This document shows positions 39,793 through 48,205 of a stretch of DNA of 64,000 nt, one piece after another (position 1 is the stretch's first letter; each line of letters starts with the position of its first letter). Under the pieces are notes generated by a model. That model did no database searches. It saw nothing but the letters and a program-made list of their open reading frames with translations, and had not been told where the DNA came from. A program made the translations under genes and the position numbers. This stretch comes from Candidatus Uhrbacteria bacterium (GTDB lineage: Bacteria > Patescibacteriota > Patescibacteriia > JACRJV01), in contig JACRJV010000026.1 in NCBI GenBank assembly GCA_016215325.1, positions 95,955 through 159,954 of the forward strand, read 5' to 3'.

Positions 39793-41246
39793 ACTACTGC
39801 GGACGTGCTGTGTTTCGCAAATGCGCGGACAAGACGCTCAACATCCGCGCGCGTGATAAGCCCAACCGCAACACTCAAAAGCATAAACACCATCGCACCG
39901 ATAAGAATCACCACAACAAGCGGCATAGTCTCCAACAGCGATCGCACGACAACCATCATTGCTGCTCCGGCAACGATAGAGCGTGCAAATAACCCAAGGA
40001 TGCCGCCAAAGGGGAGCGCAATCACCTGATGCGCCTTATACCAGCTCACCAGTAGAAATACGGTGTTCGCGATCAGCGAGGCAACCACAGCCCCCATCAT
40101 GCCCCACTGGGGAACAAACAAAAAATTCGCAATCACATTCACCACCATCCCCACCCCCATGGCTGTGGTTTGAAACCGCTGGTTGTTGGAACTGTTGAGC
40201 AATGCGCCAATCGGATACTGGGCGAACAAAATCACCAGCACCAGCGGCAACACTTGCGTTGCCGCAATAGCAGGTGAAAAATTGTTCCCATAAATGAGCG
40301 GCACCAATATACTGGCAATCGATGCGATCCCAAATCCAATCGCAGCGGATGCCACCACGAGCAACCGCACGCTTTCCATAAAGACTGTTGCAAGGTCCGG
40401 GCTTTTTTGTTTATAAAGGTGGCTCATGGCGGGATAGAGCGTGGCCACGAGTGCCAATGGGATAAATTGGAAGGAATAGGTGAGCTTGTACGGCACGCTA
40501 TAAAACCCAACAATTTCCTTGGGGTAATACAACCCCAACACCACGGTGTCGGTATACGCAATCATCTTGACAAACACGGCCGCCAAGGCAAACGGCCAAC
40601 ACTCCCTCAACATGGAGCGCACCGCAGTTGTATCAAATCGCGGGCGTACCCACGTGAGCGTGAACCGATGCACCAGACCCACGGAATACAGGAGGTGGAA
40701 TATGCTCGCCAACGCTAACACCAGCAAGAGCAAGGCGACCGAGCGGGATGTTGCCAGAACGGCAATCCCCCCTAAAACAGTGAGAATCTGCGCTAACACC
40801 ACCGCGATGGCCTCGTATCCGATTTTCTGTAATCCCCGTAGATAGGAATAGAGTGTGACCTGGAGCGCCTCCATGCCTACGACAAAAAATGCGATGGTCA
40901 GCAACATAGTGTCTATCGGCAACCATCCCAAAAAATGGAACAGCGCGATCCAAGCGCTCACAAACCCCATCAATATAATTTTGGCGCCCAGCGCGTCTTC
41001 GGCGTACCGCAGGCCCTGGCGATCGTCGCGAGCCGTCTCACGCACAATATAATTGGCAAATCCCCCATCCAAAAAAACGGATAGAACCTGCGAAACCGAC
41101 AATGCGTAAAAATAAATCCCCGTATTTTCGGCTCCCAGCAGTCGTGCAATCGCCGCAAAATAAAAAAAAGACAGCACTTTTTGCGCAGTGCTGGCAAAGG
41201 CCATGTAACTTGCGTTGCGAATAATCGTGCGACCGGTATGGGGCAT
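39789..41246 (-). CDS. Polysaccharide / lipid-linked oligosaccharide flippase (Wzx/MOP superfamily)
   Basis: About 14 TM helices; Wzx-like N-terminus (…FASTAQKVLSFFYFAAIARLLGAENTGIY…). Confidence 0.6.
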   Translation of the reverse strand: MPHTGRTIIRNASYMAFASTAQKVLSFFYFAAIARLLGAENTGIYFYALSVSQVLSVFLDGGFANYIVRETARDDRQGLRYAEDALGAKIILMGFVSAWIALFHFLGWLPIDTMLLTIAFFVVGMEALQVTLYSYLRGLQKIGYEAIAVVLAQILTVLGGIAVLATSRSVALLLLVLALASIFHLLYSVGLVHRFTLTWVRPRFDTTAVRSMLRECWPFALAAVFVKMIAYTDTVVLGLYYPKEIVGFYSVPYKLTYSFQFIPLALVATLYPAMSHLYKQKSPDLATVFMESVRLLVVASAAIGFGIASIASILVPLIYGNNFSPAIAATQVLPLVLVILFAQYPIGALLNSSNNQRFQTTAMGVGMVVNVIANFLFVPQWGMMGAVVASLIANTVFLLVSWYKAHQVIALPFGGILGLFARSIVAGAAMMVVVRSLLETMPLVVVILIGAMVFMLLSVAVGLITRADVERLVRAFAKHSTSAVV

Positions 41247-41248
41247 AA

Positions 41249-41851
41249 TTATGAATTGTTTGGAATCCTAGGGTTAACCTTAGGATTCTTTTTGTACAGC
41301 CGCTCCAGCAGCGCATCAACTCCTTGCTTTGTTTTGGTGGAAAAAGGAATAATCTCTGCCTCAGGAATTTCGTTTTGAAGGGCGCTCAATTGCCACTGGA
41401 CCGGTTTAAGCTTATCAATTTTATTGGCAATAACAACAAAGGGTATTCCCCCCGCAGTCAAAACTTGGATCATCTCGCGATCAAAACCGGTGAGCCCCAC
41501 CACGCTATCGATGGCCAGGGCCACTGTCAACGACTCGACTCCCGACCGCGTCAGATACCAAAGGATCATCTTTCGAATTTTTTCACGCTCGTCATGACTG
41601 GTGCGCGCATACCCATAGCCCGGTAAATCTACAAAATAAAATTCGTTGTTGATCAAATAAAAATTAATCTCCGTGGTCTTTCCGGGTTTTTTCCCCACGC
41701 GCGCCAACTCATTCTGGAGCGTCAACGCATTGAGGAGGCTGGATTTGCCCACGTTGGATCGCCCCACAAAAGCAATCTGCTTGCGACCATCCGTCACAAT
41801 ATCATCTGTCCCCCGAATTCCTTTAATAAACCTCGCAGATCGTATCATCAT
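41249..41851 (-). CDS. engB: Ribosome-biogenesis GTPase EngB (YsxC/YihA)
   Basis: IAFVGRSNVGKSSLLNALT (G1); DLPGYGY (G3); NKIDK (G4). Confidence 0.85.
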   Translation of the reverse strand: MMIRSARFIKGIRGTDDIVTDGRKQIAFVGRSNVGKSSLLNALTLQNELARVGKKPGKTTEINFYLINNEFYFVDLPGYGYARTSHDEREKIRKMILWYLTRSGVESLTVALAIDSVVGLTGFDREMIQVLTAGGIPFVVIANKIDKLKPVQWQLSALQNEIPEAEIIPFSTKTKQGVDALLERLYKKNPKVNPRIPNNS

Positions 41852-42417
41852 ACATCCCCGTCCTTCACCAACCCAATATCCTTAAAAAAAATTTTGATGG
41901 TCTCTCCTTCGCTGCAGTCCGCAGACGGATGTTGAAATATTTCAAAGTGGAGATGTGGCAGAAACCCATATCCGGTTCTGCCGCTATATCCAATGAGTTC
42001 GCCTTCAACCACACGTTGCCCAACATGAACCAATACTCCTTGTGGTTTAAAATGCTCATACGCGCTGTACTCATCATGATCGTGCCGAATCACCACGCGA
42101 TTGCCTTGGAGCCAATATTTTTTTGCGACCCCTCCGTAGAGTCCATCATTTTTTACCCAAACGACAAGGCCGGATGCTGCGGCTACAATCGGCGTGCCCG
42201 TTGGTACCATGATATCAATCGCATGACGCACGGTACCCGAGTGCGCCCCAGCCACCCAATCTTCAATCAACCATAATAATTTTCTCCAACGTTTTGGACC
42301 GAGACGTGATAGGTCCAAGGGCAACCGATAGTCATTTTTAGATTGCATACCCCAACACCATAGCACGATCAGAAAACTTAATATACCCCTCGATAGGCAG
42401 AAAACGTACCGACACAC
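41848..42417 (-). CDS. M23 family metallopeptidase (LytM domain) with an N-terminal signal-like segment
   Basis: HxxxD…HLHFE pattern: …VVIRHDHDEYSAYEHF…GYSGRTGYGFLPHLHFEI. Confidence 0.75.
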   Translation of the reverse strand: MCRYVFCLSRGILSFLIVLWCWGMQSKNDYRLPLDLSRLGPKRWRKLLWLIEDWVAGAHSGTVRHAIDIMVPTGTPIVAAASGLVVWVKNDGLYGGVAKKYWLQGNRVVIRHDHDEYSAYEHFKPQGVLVHVGQRVVEGELIGYSGRTGYGFLPHLHFEIFQHPSADCSEGETIKIFFKDIGLVKDGDV

Positions 42418-42452
42418 TCATTCTCACATTCTCAAGTTTGTAAGGGTGTTTG
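42415..42452. repeat. Copy 1 of the conserved 31-nt element cattctcacattctcaagtttgtaagg(g/a)tgt
   Basis: Direct repeat occurring at 42415, 43393 and 43759. Confidence 0.75.
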
Positions 42453-42453
42453 T

Positions 42454-43383
42454 CTAGTACCGGAACTCACTACTGTTAAAGCGCCATCCGCGCCCTTCTT
42501 CGATCTGTTTTTGCTCATCGGGCTTTAATACGGTCAACAAGAAATGTTCATCAAAAATGTGCCACACAAACTGATAGCCTGAATCCTTGATCAACTCATT
42601 TAACTCTCGGAATGGCTTGGCGGTCCACCACCGCTCATAGGGATGTGGAAAATGGATGACAAGAGGCCGTCCATTCCAGCGGAATCGAACGGGGATCCAC
42701 TTTTGCTCATTCTCATAATCTTTCTCCGGGTCACCCGACAACGTCGCGCGCCACAATTCTTCCCGGCGCTCCCATTCTTCACCAGACACCGATTCCCACC
42801 GATGCTCATGTTCGGAATAATCGATATCCGTTGGCGTAAATACTCCCCGCGAGATGCTTCCCCACTGCTCGAGAAATTTTTTATACGAATCTTTGTCGGT
42901 ATTCTCTGAGATATGTTCGGTGCTGAATACCCAAACGCGTGTCGTATCGCACTGCAACAAAAGAATATCTTCTCCGGGATATTCCGGATCGAAGCCAGTG
43001 CATGGGTCCTGCGGAAGAAACACACTCTGAAGCGCATCCTTGCCCTCGTTTCGAATACGAATGATTTCTTGTGTAACGTCTTGGTCGCTCATTGCGGACT
43101 TACCGGCAAAATCAAAGAATCCGAATGATCCATAAAATCGAGTCGATTCAAGAAGCCACTGCTCGGGCGATAACATCTCCAGATATTTACGATTGCGCCT
43201 CATCGTTCTTTTTACTTTTCGATCGGGAGAAAACCGATCGTAGAGGAAAATGACAATGGCCAGTTTGACAACCAATCCAATTGTTTTATATGGATCGACC
43301 ACTCCGTTATCAATCATCCCCAATACAGTCAGTATGACGTCAAAAAGATACACTAGGATAACAAAGGAGATGAAACGCGTCAT
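42454..43383 (-). CDS. Hypothetical membrane protein (two N-terminal TM helices plus a large acidic domain)
   Basis: Start trimmed to MTRFISFV because the ORF-track start lies inside the conserved 31-nt element. Confidence 0.45.
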   Translation of the reverse strand: MTRFISFVILVYLFDVILTVLGMIDNGVVDPYKTIGLVVKLAIVIFLYDRFSPDRKVKRTMRRNRKYLEMLSPEQWLLESTRFYGSFGFFDFAGKSAMSDQDVTQEIIRIRNEGKDALQSVFLPQDPCTGFDPEYPGEDILLLQCDTTRVWVFSTEHISENTDKDSYKKFLEQWGSISRGVFTPTDIDYSEHEHRWESVSGEEWERREELWRATLSGDPEKDYENEQKWIPVRFRWNGRPLVIHFPHPYERWWTAKPFRELNELIKDSGYQFVWHIFDEHFLLTVLKPDEQKQIEEGRGWRFNSSEFRY

Positions 43384-43392
43384 ATTGACAAA

Positions 43393-43430
43393 ACTCATTC
43401 TCACATTCTCAAGTTTGTAAGGATGTTGTT
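43393..43430. repeat. Copy 2 of the conserved 31-nt element
   Basis: actcattctcacattctcaagtttgtaaggatgttgtt. Confidence 0.75.
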
Positions 43431-43713
43431 AGTTCCGCTGGAACGACTTCAAGAATCGGACAAGTGTTTTGCCGTACGGGGAGAGCGTATGCTCAACAAA
43501 CTTCCCGCGATATTTCTTGTCAATCAGTCCTGCAGTAAACAAACGGCGCGTATGTTCCCCGATCGTTTTCGTATTTGCCCCGACCTCATCGACAATGTCG
43601 AATAACGTCATGGGCCCGCGCTGTGCAACGAGCAGCAAGATCTCAATGCGATAATGATTGGCGACCCCCTTGAGGTGGCGCTCCATCTGTTTGGCGGTTT
43701 TAACTTTTTGCAT
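43429..43713 (-). CDS. ArsR/SmtB-family winged-helix transcriptional regulator
   Basis: HYRIEILLLVAQRGPMTLFDIVDEVGANTKTIGEHTRRLFTAGLI (HTH plus wing). Confidence 0.65.
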   Translation of the reverse strand: MQKVKTAKQMERHLKGVANHYRIEILLLVAQRGPMTLFDIVDEVGANTKTIGEHTRRLFTAGLIDKKYRGKFVEHTLSPYGKTLVRFLKSFQRN

Positions 43714-43747
43714 ACACAAAACAATTACCCATCGTCGAGATAACGGG

Positions 43748-43776
43748 AGTATATCAAAACATTCTCACATTCTCAA
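43748..43776 (-). promoter_or_regulatory. Putative sigma-70-type promoter of the ArsR gene: -35 TTGAGA (inside the 31-nt element), 17-nt spacer, -10 TATACT
   Basis: Minus strand reads TTGAGAATGTGAGAATGTTTTGATATACT; spacing counted directly. Confidence 0.35.
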
Positions 43777-43794
43777 GTTTGTAAGGATGTCAGG
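43759..43794. repeat. Copy 3 of the conserved 31-nt element
   Basis: acattctcacattctcaagtttgtaaggatgtcagg. Confidence 0.75.
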
Positions 43795-43927
43795 ACTCAA
43801 TCCGCTTTGTAGTTGACCGAAGAAATGTGGATCATCCACCTCTGCTGACGCTGTGGCGAGAACATTCTTTCGTCGTATCAAAAACACCCCCACAGAAAGG
43901 GGTGTTTAGTGTTTTTGATCCCCGGGC

Positions 43928-44542
43928 TTAGCGTTTGGAGAATTGTGGCGCTCGGCGCGCTCCCTTGAGTCCTGGCTTCTTTCGTTCACGACGGCGCGGA
44001 TCGCGCGTGAGATACCCACTCTTTTTAAGAGCCTTTCGGAATACAGGGTTGAGCTCGAGCATGAGTCGCGAGATTCCATGGCGTACCGCCTCGGCCTGGC
44101 CCATCGTGCCACCGCCGCTGACCTTGCAAGTAATCTCGTGCCGCTCCCATTGGCCGACCGCTTTCAGCGGCGAGCTTACCATCAGTTGCAATACTTCGGT
44201 CGGAAAATATTCTTCCCAGGGTCGGCCATTCACCGTAATCGACGCGCTCTTCCCACCCCGCTGCAACCGCACCCGCGCCACGGAAGTCTTCCGGCGTCCC
44301 ACGGCTTCAATATACGTACCGCGGTTAGCGACTTGGACGGCGCGAACTTCCGATTCAATCGGTGCCGGCACTAATGATGGTTCTTCTGTTTCTTTCTTCA
44401 CAGCAGTTTTGCGCGGGCTGGTTTTGCGGACAGCGTCTGATTTTGCCGTAGCTGATTTACGCGACGCCCTTCGTGGCTTGGCTGGTTCAGTCTGTTCCGA
44501 TTGTACGGGAGTCGTTGTGGCAGTCGGTTCTGGCATAATCAA
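43928..44542 (-). CDS. rpsI: 30S ribosomal protein S9 with a Lys/Ala/Thr-rich N-terminal extension of about 70 aa
   Basis: …GRRKTSVARVRL…GGGTMGQAEAVRHGISRLMLE…RDPRRRERKKPGLKGARRAPQFSKR. Confidence 0.85.
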   Translation of the reverse strand: MIMPEPTATTTPVQSEQTEPAKPRRASRKSATAKSDAVRKTSPRKTAVKKETEEPSLVPAPIESEVRAVQVANRGTYIEAVGRRKTSVARVRLQRGGKSASITVNGRPWEEYFPTEVLQLMVSSPLKAVGQWERHEITCKVSGGGTMGQAEAVRHGISRLMLELNPVFRKALKKSGYLTRDPRRRERKKPGLKGARRAPQFSKR

Positions 44543-44545
44543 ATA

Positions 44546-44908
44546 TTATTCAATTATTAGGCGTTTCATCATCCCGATTCGGAGGCGATTTTCCGGCAAC
44601 ATTCCCATCACGGCATGCTTGAGTACCCACGCCGGATCCTTCGACCAAATCTCGTTAAGCTTGCGCTCTTTCATGCCGCCCAGATAGCCGGAGTAATGAT
44701 AATACACTTTTGTCGCGAGCTTAGAACCCTTGATGCTGGCTTTAGAAATATTTTTGACCACAACCATATCGCCCTCATCCAAATGGACACGGAATGATGG
44801 TTTATGTTTTCCACGCAATAGTGTCGCAATCCGCGTTGCTAAGCGTCCGACCGACTGGCCTTCGGCATCCAGCTCGTGGCGATCACGATGGAGAGTTCGA
44901 GTAGGCAT
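44546..44908 (-). CDS. rplM: 50S ribosomal protein L13
   Basis: …VVVKNISKASIKGSKLATKVYYHYSGYLGGMKE…. Confidence 0.85.
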   Translation of the reverse strand: MPTRTLHRDRHELDAEGQSVGRLATRIATLLRGKHKPSFRVHLDEGDMVVVKNISKASIKGSKLATKVYYHYSGYLGGMKERKLNEIWSKDPAWVLKHAVMGMLPENRLRIGMMKRLIIE

Positions 44909-44913
44909 AGATT

Positions 44914-45306
44914 TTAGGCTTTTTTGCTTAGTTGCGTTCCCGCTTCTGGAGCACTTTCGACAAACAATAACGCGCTCATTTCGGCGTTATCCCCTTTTCG
45001 GGCAGCTAATTTTACCCGTCGAGTGTATCCACCGGGTCGGCTCTGATACCGGACCGAAAGAACTTCGAGCACCTTGCTGACCGCCTTTGGTTTTGGAAGC
45101 AACTTTAACAATTGCCGGCGATGTGCCAGGGTCGGCTGTTTGCCAATGGTGATCAGCTTTTCCACAAATGGCTGCACCGCGCGCGCCTTTGCATGCGTTG
45201 TCACAATTTTTTCATGATAGACAAGCGATTCGGCCAGGTGTTGCAATAATGCCTTTCGCGGGGCCTTTGCTCTATCTAAAACAAATCCCTTTTTTCGATG
45301 GCGCAT
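44914..45306 (-). CDS. rplQ: 50S ribosomal protein L17
   Basis: MRHRKKGFVLDRAKAPRKALLQHLAESLVYHEKIVTTHAKAR…. Confidence 0.85.
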   Translation of the reverse strand: MRHRKKGFVLDRAKAPRKALLQHLAESLVYHEKIVTTHAKARAVQPFVEKLITIGKQPTLAHRRQLLKLLPKPKAVSKVLEVLSVRYQSRPGGYTRRVKLAARKGDNAEMSALLFVESAPEAGTQLSKKA

Positions 45307-45314
45307 ACGGAAGC

Positions 45315-46064
45315 TTAGGGTTGATCAGTGCTTTCCAAAGGGGCTTCTTGTTCAACCACTACTCCCTGGCCCGTAGAAAGTGTTTGCAAAAATTGAAATT
45401 GATCGATCAAAATAGCAAGGGACTGTTCCACCGCCTCTTGTGGCGAAACCGTCCCGTCGGTTTCCACCGCTAGTTGGAGTTTATCATAGTTGGTCATCTG
45501 CCCGACACGAACGTTTTCGAGGTGTACTCCAACGCTGCGCACAGGGGTAAAAATGGCATCCACAGCAATTGTGCCAATCGCGAGCTTCTGTTTTGTATCG
45601 CGAGTTTCCGTCGGAACATATCCTCTCCCCCGTTCAATGGTAAACTCCATTGAAAGGCGAGCGTCCTTCGCTGTGAGGGTAGCAATGACTTGTTCCGACG
45701 ACGCAACCTCTACCTGCGCATTGGGTTCAATGTCAGCAGCAGTCACTGTTTTCGCCCCTCGCGCATTAAGACGAACGGTGACCGGTTCATCGCCGTGGAG
45801 GCGGAATCGCAACTGTTTGATGTTTAACAAAATTTCGACGATATCTTCCTTCACGTTTTCTATCGTTGAAAACTCATGACTTACGCCATCAATCCGGACA
45901 GCGACGACGGCAGCGCCGGGTAACGAATTGAGTAATACCCTTCGCAAGGCATTGCCCAGCGTTGTCCCATACCCTGGGAACAACGGCTCAATGACGAGCG
46001 TCTTACGGTTGCTCGAATCGCCCTGTTGCCATGCAAATTTGCTTGGCTTGGAAATAGTTTCCAT
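45315..46064 (-). CDS. rpoA: DNA-directed RNA polymerase alpha subunit, N-terminal domain only (no alpha-CTD)
   Basis: LFPGYGTTLGNALRRVLLNSLPGAAVVAVRIDGVSHEFSTIENVKEDIVEILLN; the protein ends at about 249 aa. Confidence 0.85.
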   Translation of the reverse strand: METISKPSKFAWQQGDSSNRKTLVIEPLFPGYGTTLGNALRRVLLNSLPGAAVVAVRIDGVSHEFSTIENVKEDIVEILLNIKQLRFRLHGDEPVTVRLNARGAKTVTAADIEPNAQVEVASSEQVIATLTAKDARLSMEFTIERGRGYVPTETRDTKQKLAIGTIAVDAIFTPVRSVGVHLENVRVGQMTNYDKLQLAVETDGTVSPQEAVEQSLAILIDQFQFLQTLSTGQGVVVEQEAPLESTDQP

Positions 46065-46070
46065 AATGCG

Positions 46071-46688
46071 TTACCGTGAATAGAATTCGACAATCGAACG
46101 AATATTAAATTGCGGGGGCATCTCATTTGCTTCGGGGCGCCGAACAATCGTGGCTTCCAGAGTCTGATTATTGATCGCAATCCATTGCGGTAGCGCGCGA
46201 TCCGATCGCTGGTCAGCAATCGATTTTATCCCGGTGGGTACCTGGCCGCTCCCATTGCGCTTGAGGCCAATGACATCCCCTGGTTTCGTCTGATAGGACG
46301 GAACGTCCACGCGTTTCCCATTCACCGTAATGTGGCCATGGCTTACGATCTGTCGGGCCTGAAATTGTGTCTGCGCATATCCCGATCGCACGACAACGCT
46401 ATCCAAACGCAATTCGAGTGCTTGCCCCATCAGTGTTCCAGTATTGCCTTTAATACCGATCGCAATATCGTAATATCGTCGCATTTGGCGCTCTCGCAAC
46501 CCGTAACTGCGTTTGACCTTTTGTTTTTCGCGCAACTGTGTTCCGTAGGGGGTCAGCTTCCCGTAGCCATTCGGCCCATGGATCCCCGGAGGAGACGGAC
46601 GGCGTTTGACCGCGCATTTGACGCGGCCGCACAACGATACGCCTTCGCGGCGACACATTTTGCAGGTTACTCGATACACACTAGCCAT
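46071..46688 (-). CDS. rpsD: 30S ribosomal protein S4 (start trimmed to MASVYR)
   Basis: CKMCRREGVSLCGRVKCAVKRRPSPPGIHG…; S4 domain. Confidence 0.85.
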   Translation of the reverse strand: MASVYRVTCKMCRREGVSLCGRVKCAVKRRPSPPGIHGPNGYGKLTPYGTQLREKQKVKRSYGLRERQMRRYYDIAIGIKGNTGTLMGQALELRLDSVVVRSGYAQTQFQARQIVSHGHITVNGKRVDVPSYQTKPGDVIGLKRNGSGQVPTGIKSIADQRSDRALPQWIAINNQTLEATIVRRPEANEMPPQFNIRSIVEFYSR

Positions 46689-46697
46689 ACTGTCGAT

Positions 46698-46789
46698 AAT
46701 TTTCAATTTTCAGTTTACAATTTTCAATTCAGTCGCATGTTTGAAAATTGTGTCTTGAAAATTCATTGGAAATTGATAATTGAAAATTT
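46698..46789. repeat. rpsK-rpsD intergenic palindrome of (AATTTTC)n and (GAAAATT)n arms
   Basis: aattttcaattttcagtttacaattttcaatt … ttgaaaattgtgtcttgaaaattcattggaaattgataattgaaaattt. Confidence 0.7.
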
Positions 46790-46797
46790 ACTATATA

Positions 46798-47286
46798 CTA
46801 TACTCGACGTACTTTGGGCGGTCTCGGCCCATTATGCGGCAATGGAGTAATGTCCTTGATCGATAATACCTCGAGACCATTGGCATTGAGCGCCCGCACG
46901 GCAGCTTCCCTGCCTGCTCCGACACCTTTCACGAACACTTCCACCTCTTTGAGCCCCGATCCTTCGATACGGCTCACTGCATCGCGCACCACGATCCCTG
47001 CGGCATAGGACGTCGACTTCTTGGGTCCCCGGAAGCCCACCTTCCCAGACGAAGACCACGATAAGACGTTGCCTTGCGGATCAGTAAACGTGATGATGGT
47101 ATTATTGTACGTTGCCTGGACATAAGCGCGTCCACGCGGCACCATCCGGACCAACTTTTTCTTTTTTCTACGATCTTTCGAGGGTTTTTTTTCTGCCCCT
47201 TCAGACTTCACAACATCCGTAGCAAGACTTGCGTCTAGGGCCGCTTCTTCTGTTGCTGGAAGTATTGTTTGATCATCCATTGCCAT
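46798..47286 (-). CDS. rpsK: 30S ribosomal protein S11 with an N-terminal extension
   Basis: …AYVQATYNNTIITFTDPQGNVLSWSSSGKVGFRGPKKSTSYAA…. Confidence 0.85.
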   Translation of the reverse strand: MAMDDQTILPATEEAALDASLATDVVKSEGAEKKPSKDRRKKKKLVRMVPRGRAYVQATYNNTIITFTDPQGNVLSWSSSGKVGFRGPKKSTSYAAGIVVRDAVSRIEGSGLKEVEVFVKGVGAGREAAVRALNANGLEVLSIKDITPLPHNGPRPPKVRRV

Positions 47287-47310
47287 ACCGTGTGGTACGA
47301 TAAATTCTTA

Positions 47311-47703
47311 TTACGTCTTCTGCGCGGGCGCCTTACGGCCGCTGCCCATGGTCTTGCGTACGTTGCCGCGGACGGTACGGGTGTTTGTTTTGGTGCGCTG
47401 GCCGCGAACCGGCAAATGTTTTGAATGCCGGATTCCACGATACGAACCAATTTCCTTGAGTCGCTTGATATTAAGCAATACCTCTCTACGCAAGTCTCCT
47501 TCAATGATGTAACTTTTTTCAATAAAACTTCGGAGTTTGGTTGCCTGATCTTCGGTAAGATCCTTGGTTCGAATCCCTGGCGCCACACCGGTCTGTTCCA
47601 ATGCAATATTCGCGCGTTTGGGGCCGACGCCATACAAATACCGCAGTGCAATTTCAATGCGCTTGTTTGCCGGCAACATCAGTCCTTTGATAATAACGGC
47701 CAT
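47311..47703 (-). CDS. rpsM: 30S ribosomal protein S13
   Basis: …IALRYLYGVGPKRANIALEQTGV…. Confidence 0.85.
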   Translation of the reverse strand: MAVIIKGLMLPANKRIEIALRYLYGVGPKRANIALEQTGVAPGIRTKDLTEDQATKLRSFIEKSYIIEGDLRREVLLNIKRLKEIGSYRGIRHSKHLPVRGQRTKTNTRTVRGNVRKTMGSGRKAPAQKT

Positions 47704-47708
47704 AGTGT

Positions 47709-47789
47709 AATTTCAGATTTTAGATTGTAGATTGATGATTCTAGAGCGTATGCGATTATTCTGCAATCTGAAATCTAAAATCTGCAATG
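47709..47789. repeat. rpsM-rpmJ intergenic palindrome of (CAGATTT/TAGATTG)n arms
   Basis: aatttcagattttagattgtagattgatgattctag … attctgcaatctgaaatctaaaatctgcaatg. Confidence 0.7.
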
Positions 47790-47792
47790 TGT

Positions 47793-47906
47793 TCAACCTT
47801 GTCTCTGTTTGTGCTTTGGCACAATACAACTCACCACAACGCGGCGACGGCGACGGCTTAATACACATTTATCGCAAATTTTTTTCACGCTCGGTCGAAC
47901 CTTCAT
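47793..47906 (-). CDS. rpmJ: 50S ribosomal protein L36 (37 aa, absent from the ORF track)
   Basis: Hand translation of the minus strand gives [37 protein letters not shown]. Confidence 0.8.
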   Translation of the reverse strand: MKVRPSVKKICDKCVLSRRRRRVVVSCIVPKHKQRQG

Positions 47907-47911
47907 AACTA

Positions 47912-48148
47912 TTAAAACCGATACACGATCCTCCCTTTTGTGAGGTCGTACGGTGTCATCTGCACCTTCACCTGATCGCCGGGAATAATCCGTATACTAT
48001 TAAGGCGCATCTTTCCCGAAAGATGCGCGATCACAACATGTCCATTTTCCAGTTCTACCCGGAATGTCCCCGCAGGCAATAATTCAACGACTTTTCCAGT
48101 AAATTCAATGACTTCTTTGGAATCACTCACAAGGGACAGAGATAACAT
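47912..48148 (-). CDS. infA: Translation initiation factor IF-1
   Basis: …[66 protein letters not shown]. Confidence 0.85.
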   Translation of the reverse strand: MLSLSLVSDSKEVIEFTGKVVELLPAGTFRVELENGHVVIAHLSGKMRLNSIRIIPGDQVKVQMTPYDLTKGRIVYRF

Positions 48149-48205
48149 CGACTCCCCAAGATTTCGGAGAGTTTAGCCACACGATAGCATAAATGAAGGG
48201 TGGGG

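Noticed and set aside
46689-46706. rpsD start at 46706 (MKIIDS…)
   Set aside because: The extension is a translation of the (GAAAATT)n repeat. MASVYR at 46688 matches S4 N-termini.
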